In this document: positions 15,819-20,000 of the stretch, one piece after another
How the letters are laid out: the number at the start of each line of letters is the position of its first letter
Numbering within the stretch: the stretch's first letter is position 1
DNA from: an uncultured virus (IMG/VR IMGVR_UViG_3300013132_000024)
Taxonomy: Duplodnaviria > Heunggongvirae > Uroviricota > Caudoviricetes
Virus record (IMG/VR): IMGVR_UViG_3300013132_000024
Length of the DNA stretch: 20,000 bases
Direction: 5' to 3' (one strand)
Program-made: the position numbers and the translations under genes
The notes under the pieces: model-generated
The model's database searches: none
What the model saw: the letters and a program-made list of their open reading frames with translations, nothing else
What the model was told of the DNA's origin: nothing

Positions 15819-17041
15819 TCTCCACCTCTATCGTACCCACCTGCTTTTGTTACTCTTAGAACCATTTGATACCTAGGTACTTGTCCTATAGGATTAATAA
15901 TATGCCTTATTTGTGTTATTAATACAGGACCACTAAATTGTGATTCATATAAATTAGAATCTGTTGATTTATTAGGAATATTAATTCTTATAATATTTCC
16001 TAATTTTATTTTAGGATTTCCAATAACTACTAAATCTGCATGATTTTGTGCAAAATAACCTAGATATGCTGATCTATTTTGTCTAGCCGAAGCTACATCT
16101 GTTGAAGTTTTATTATTTACTCTATCATGTTGAGTATATGCCGCTTGAGAAAATAATGGAAAAGATGTTTCTGAACCACTTTCTTTATATACAGGATTTC
16201 CTAAATGTGTATATTGAGAATTTGGTTTAATTCTTGGATAATTAGCTTTTCCTGTTACTGTGTCATATGTTCTCATTTGAGTGTCTATTTTATATCTTGG
16301 AGGACTAAAAAACGAAGATCCTACTAAAATACTAGTAATAGAATTTTGTTTTTGTTGTTCTGAAGCTCCTGCTCCTAATGTTGTACTTTGGCTTAAAGTC
16401 AAGACTTCAGGATCTTTACAACATTGTTCAATTGTTCTGTACATATACTTATTATCTGATACATACAATACATAAGCTGACGATTTATTTCTTAAAGAAA
16501 CTGCTCTATTATTAAGTTGTTGATATATATTTAATGGATGTCCAGTAGCTATATGTCTTATTTTTCCTTTTGTAGGATCATCATTAATAAATTGTTTTTT
16601 AGAAGAAAATCCTGTATTTTTTACTAAATCTTCTATAATTTTATGTATTTCTAAATTATAACTTTTTTGTATATTGCTTTTAGATTGAACGTTCAAATAT
16701 TCCGGGGAAACACATTTAATTATATATGTCTTTGACTTCATTGCACCACTTTTAATTTTAGATCTATCGTCTAAATCAGAATTTTCATAAGACATTAAAT
16801 CAAATTTTACTCTTTCTTTTCCTTCGTAAAGAGAAAAATCTATTTCTATTTTTTCCTTGCCATTCAAATTGTATCTTCCTAAACAATCTGTAAAATCATT
16901 AACTTTTATTTCTGCAGTAGGTCCGTATGGATTAAATAAATCTTCATAGATATTAAAACCAACATATTGGCATTCATCTCTTCTTAGAAGATTAAGAGAA
17001 CCTATATTCATTTTATTTACTACTATATCACCAACTGGCAT
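15815..17041 (-). CDS. Baseplate hub protein, gp27/GPD-like
   Basis: FNIYEDLFNP, YIIKCVSPE and C-terminal VIGNPKIKLGNIIRINIP / FSGPVLITQIRHII are typical of hub proteins; position between gp53 and gp5 fits. Confidence 0.75.
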   Translation of the reverse strand: MPVGDIVVNKMNIGSLNLLRRDECQYVGFNIYEDLFNPYGPTAEIKVNDFTDCLGRYNLNGKEKIEIDFSLYEGKERVKFDLMSYENSDLDDRSKIKSGAMKSKTYIIKCVSPEYLNVQSKSNIQKSYNLEIHKIIEDLVKNTGFSSKKQFINDDPTKGKIRHIATGHPLNIYQQLNNRAVSLRNKSSAYVLYVSDNKYMYRTIEQCCKDPEVLTLSQSTTLGAGASEQQKQNSITSILVGSSFFSPPRYKIDTQMRTYDTVTGKANYPRIKPNSQYTHLGNPVYKESGSETSFPLFSQAAYTQHDRVNNKTSTDVASARQNRSAYLGYFAQNHADLVVIGNPKIKLGNIIRINIPNKSTDSNLYESQFSGPVLITQIRHIINPIGQVPRYQMVLRVTKAGGYDRGGE

Positions 17042-17916
17042 TATTGCATTATATCCCTAAAATTTAATATTGTTTGATTCATTAATCTATTATCTAATAA
17101 TCTTATAGTTTTATTGAATTCATTTTTTTCTGTTTCTAAATTAAAATATGTAATAGGTTCCCAATATATCTCTTCTTCTGCCGATATATTTGAAACTATT
17201 AAAGAAGAATTACTAAAAGATGTATTAACTAATGTTTCTCTACCGTATAAGTAACTGTTAGCTGTTATAACTATACTATCGTTTGATACAGTAACACCAA
17301 CAGTATGTTGTACATATACTGAAGTATTAGTAGTGTATAATACTTGTGCTATACCAGTATTATCATTATCGAATATTATATCACATATTTCATTATTAGT
17401 AAAAGATGTATTGGAAGAAGTATATTTTACTATCTTATTAGTATTTATAGACCAATTTTCTTTTTTTCTAGTATAAGATGTAATGTTATTACTTACAGAA
17501 TAAACAGGTGTCCAATATTTTTGTTGAGATACAGCTAAAGCATTATATGCTGATATTGATATATCTTCACTGTTCGCCCAATTATGTCTATAAAATGCAA
17601 TTTTATTGTATGCATTTTCTAAAGAACCATATTTACCTGTAAGAAATTCATCAAATTCTCTAGGATGTAAATACCAATCGTAATAAGGATCTACTATTTT
17701 ATTTGTAAGATATATTAACCAAGATTTATATTGATCTCTATAATATCTATAAGACAATTGATCTGGTCGTTCATTGTGTGCGATATCATATGGATAAAAT
17801 ACATAAGGATTATTAGATACTGAATCTAATAATGCTATTCTTTTAGTTATATCTATTATAGAAGAGTTTCCATATTTAATAACAGGAAATTCTGAAAAAT
17901 ATGTATTTTTAGGCAT
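17041..17916 (-). CDS. gp53: Baseplate wedge subunit gp53 with an internal inserted domain
   Basis: YFSEFPVIKY, YDIAHNERPDQLSYRYYRDQYKSWLIYLTNKIVDPYYDW (LysM-like gp53 core) and C-terminal ETEKNEFNKTIRLL. Confidence 0.9.
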   Translation of the reverse strand: MPKNTYFSEFPVIKYGNSSIIDITKRIALLDSVSNNPYVFYPYDIAHNERPDQLSYRYYRDQYKSWLIYLTNKIVDPYYDWYLHPREFDEFLTGKYGSLENAYNKIAFYRHNWANSEDISISAYNALAVSQQKYWTPVYSVSNNITSYTRKKENWSINTNKIVKYTSSNTSFTNNEICDIIFDNDNTGIAQVLYTTNTSVYVQHTVGVTVSNDSIVITANSYLYGRETLVNTSFSNSSLIVSNISAEEEIYWEPITYFNLETEKNEFNKTIRLLDNRLMNQTILNFRDIMQ

Positions 17917-18695
17917 TATAGAAAATAATTATTCTTTGTCCAAAGTTCAATTTCTTTAAAATGAACGTCTAATCTTACCATAGTTGGTGCTCCGTTTTTA
18001 AAAAACGATGGTTGTCCTGCAGCAGAATAATCAACATGTACCCCTAAAACTGCGCAAGGTTTTATTCTAAATGTAAATGCATTATTCGGAAATAATTTCA
18101 TTATTGCTATACTTGGATAATTCATAACTAAATCTGCATTAATTTGAGGAAATCCCGGAACAGCTACATTACCCCAAGTAAATGGTAAACTATTATATTT
18201 GAAAAATTTTATAATTTCAGCAATATCTTCAGATTCCTTTTCATTTGTAGCTGTTAAAATCCAAGAAAATATGAATTCTTTAAATGTTTGATGTTTAAAA
18301 ATAGCCCATAAAAACGGATTAAGTTGTAAACCAAAATATCTACTTGCTGCTCCAGCAGCAACCCCAGTTAATTGTGCTGTTGCGAACGCTTGCCATCTAC
18401 TATTCCATAAAAAACTATTTCCTACAGCTGCTGCTGCATTCATCATAGATTGGTCTTCCCATAAAATGATTTGTTGTTCGTTAAGTTTTAATGGTATAGG
18501 AAGAATTATTCCTCCTGTTGGTAATCCAGATCCTGATAAATGAAAATCATAGTCCACAAACTGAATTTGTAAATAAAATTCTCTGCCATCAGATATTAGA
18601 TCTTCTGGAAATACCCTTACTCCTCTGTTTCCAGTTAATGTTTTTGCTGGAGGAGTAGGAAAATTTGAAGGTAATTCGTTGTTATTAGTAGGCAT
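17916..18695 (-). CDS. gp48: Baseplate tail-tube cap gp48
   Basis: IILPIP, NPFLWAIFKHQTFKEFIFSWILTATNEKESEDIAEIIKFFK, CAVLGVHVDYS and PTMVRLDVHFKEIE; SD AAGGA upstream. Confidence 0.88.
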   Translation of the reverse strand: MPTNNNELPSNFPTPPAKTLTGNRGVRVFPEDLISDGREFYLQIQFVDYDFHLSGSGLPTGGIILPIPLKLNEQQIILWEDQSMMNAAAAVGNSFLWNSRWQAFATAQLTGVAAGAASRYFGLQLNPFLWAIFKHQTFKEFIFSWILTATNEKESEDIAEIIKFFKYNSLPFTWGNVAVPGFPQINADLVMNYPSIAIMKLFPNNAFTFRIKPCAVLGVHVDYSAAGQPSFFKNGAPTMVRLDVHFKEIELWTKNNYFL

Positions 18696-18704
18696 TGATT
18701 TCCT

Positions 18705-18712
18705 TATAAATA
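18705..18712 (+). promoter_or_regulatory. T4-type late promoter TATAAATA upstream of gp4-gp2-gp54
   Basis: Exact T4 late consensus in the only sizeable intergenic gap, 43 nt upstream of the gp4 ATG. Confidence 0.75.
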
Positions 18713-18731
18713 TATCAAGATATAATAATGG

Positions 18732-18739
18732 TATTTAGT
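18732..18739 (-). promoter_or_regulatory. Late promoter variant ACTAAATA upstream of the baseplate operon
   Basis: Plus-strand tatttagt reads ACTAAATA on the minus strand, 36 nt upstream of the gp48 ATG; retains the TAAATA core of T4-like late promoters. Confidence 0.6.
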
Positions 18740-18755
18740 AATAAAAAAGGCAATT

Positions 18756-19199
18756 ATGAAAGGAATCTTTAAACCCAAAAACCCTAAAAAATACAAAGGT
18801 AGTTTAAACGAAATTGTTTACAGAAGTTCTTGGGAATTGAAATATATGATGGAATTAGACAATAACCCAAAAATATTGCTTTGGGGTAGTGAAACTATAA
18901 TTATACCCTATAGATCACCAGTTGACAATAAAATACATAGATATTTTGTTGATTTTATTGTTACTGAAATAAATACAAAAGGTGAAAAAGAAATTTCTTT
19001 GATAGAAATCAAACCATATAAACAAACACAACAACCTAAGAAAAGAGATAAAATAACAAAAAGATATTTGACTGAAGTAGCCACATGGGGCGTTAATAAA
19101 GCAAAATGGGATGCAGCAGAAACGTTTTGTGCTGCTAGAGGATGGAAATTTAAGATTTATACTGAAAAGAGCCTTAATATTCCTTTATGGGAGAAATAA
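18756..19199 (+). CDS. gp4: Head completion protein gp4 (TnsA-like nuclease fold)
   Basis: KGIFKPKNPKKYKG, IVYRSSWELKYM, WGSETIIIPY, HRYFVDF, EIKP and VNKAKWDAA; SD AAGG upstream. Confidence 0.93.
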   Translation: MKGIFKPKNPKKYKGSLNEIVYRSSWELKYMMELDNNPKILLWGSETIIIPYRSPVDNKIHRYFVDFIVTEINTKGEKEISLIEIKPYKQTQQPKKRDKITKRYLTEVATWGVNKAKWDAAETFCAARGWKFKIYTEKSLNIPLWEK

Positions 19200-19781
19200 A
19201 TGTCTTCGTTTACTGATTTATTGAAATCTACTGCATCTATTCTTTCTAGAAAAGCAAAAGAAGCTCTTGATTGGTATAAACAAAAAATCCTAAAAATAGG
19301 CACTACATCTAGTACATTTGATCCTGATAATATAATGAAACAGACTTCTGTTCCAGAAATTGGAAAAATGTACCTATATACCTATAATCCTCTTACAAGA
19401 GAAAAGTTGCCATTTTTTGATATGTACCCTTTAACAATAGTTACTGACTATTATTCCGGCCCTAACGGCCCTGGGTTTATAGGACTAAATTTACACTATT
19501 TACCTCCGGTCGCCAGAGCAGCATTATTATCTCAGTTATTAACATTAAGAAACAATCAACAAATGGATAATACAACTAAATTAAATATTTCTTATGGTAT
19601 TCTTAAAAAATACAACAGTCAATTTAGTGGTTATAGAAATTGTGTAAAAAGATATTTAATGGCTCATGTAGTATCTTCTTATCATGAAATAAATTCTAAT
19701 GATTGGGAAAAAGTTGTATTATTACCGTTACAAAGATGGATTATTAATCCTAGAAACCATAGAAGAAGTCCTCCATATTAA
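19200..19781 (+). CDS. gp2: DNA end protector protein gp2
   Basis: IGKMYLYTYNP, LPFFDMYPL, GFIGLNLHYLPP, CVKRYL and WEKVVLLP. Confidence 0.92.
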   Translation: MSSFTDLLKSTASILSRKAKEALDWYKQKILKIGTTSSTFDPDNIMKQTSVPEIGKMYLYTYNPLTREKLPFFDMYPLTIVTDYYSGPNGPGFIGLNLHYLPPVARAALLSQLLTLRNNQQMDNTTKLNISYGILKKYNSQFSGYRNCVKRYLMAHVVSSYHEINSNDWEKVVLLPLQRWIINPRNHRRSPPY

Positions 19782-20000
19782 TGTTTAACATAAACAGATT
19801 TAAAGAAAATATAGCAGTATATCAAACATTACCAAACAACAAATTTGAAGTGTTTGTTAGACCACCAAACATATTGTTAAATAAGGCTATAGATAATTTA
19901 GGAACCGAAACTTCTACAAACGAAATAACAAGATTATTGAGATATCGTATAGAAGAATTAAGACTTCCTAGTATTAATATATTGGCGCCTGAAGTATCCA
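19781..20000 (+). CDS. Tail tube initiator / tube-like protein (gp54/gp19 family), 5' part only
   Basis: TAATG overlap with gp2. Reads MFNINRFKENIAVYQTLPNNKFEVFVRPPNILL...LLRYRIEELRLPSINILAPEVS, open to the window end. The NxFEV...PP and E..LP pattern and position after gp2 fit gp54-like proteins. Confidence 0.65.
   Translation, partial: MFNINRFKENIAVYQTLPNNKFEVFVRPPNILLNKAIDNLGTETSTNEITRLLRYRIEELRLPSINILAPEVS

Noticed and set aside
14129..17538. Plus-strand ORFs 14129-14359, 16281-16475 and 17344-17538
   Set aside because: Short, antisense to longer coupled genes, with non-ATG starts and no motifs.
6096..18695. Bacterial T6SS, tailocin or eCIS locus
   Set aside because: Presence of gp2, gp4, T4-type gp6/7/8/48/53 and T4 late promoter motifs indicates a T4-like phage genome.
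18756..19199. TnsA-like nuclease as a transposon gene
   Set aside because: Motifs and adjacency to gp2 identify it as the T4 gp4 head-completion family; no transposon ends or tnsB/C.
1..20000. Stop-codon reassignment
   Set aside because: Core genes are full length in the standard code, and the gp5 break is at TAA followed by a frame change, not at TAG or TGA.

Overview
AT-rich, gene-dense window from a T4-like myophage, covering the baseplate and tail morphogenesis region. A tightly coupled minus-strand late operon runs: gp48, gp53, gp27-like hub, gp5 N-terminal OB-fold, 399-aa orphan, gp5 C-terminal needle, small ORF A, gp25, small ORF B, gp6, gp7, short gp9-like fibre, gp8, and a giant VrlC/DUF4815-like structural protein (over 2000 aa, runs off the left edge and is missing from the ORF track). 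A divergent plus-strand unit carries gp4, gp2 and a truncated gp54/tube-like gene. Two face-to-face T4-type late promoter motifs lie in the 60-bp gap between the units. The most interesting points are: (1) the central spike gp5 is split, with an unrecognised 399-aa gene in the lysozyme position, bounded by a 15/16-nt direct repeat; (2) two diverged paralogous small proteins flank gp25, with leaders resembling T4 capsid-targeting/prohead-protease sequences; (3) N-X-S/T sequons are dense in the accessory domains of peripheral virion proteins, possibly indicating virion glycosylation. All family assignments come from motif recognition by eye; no searches were run.
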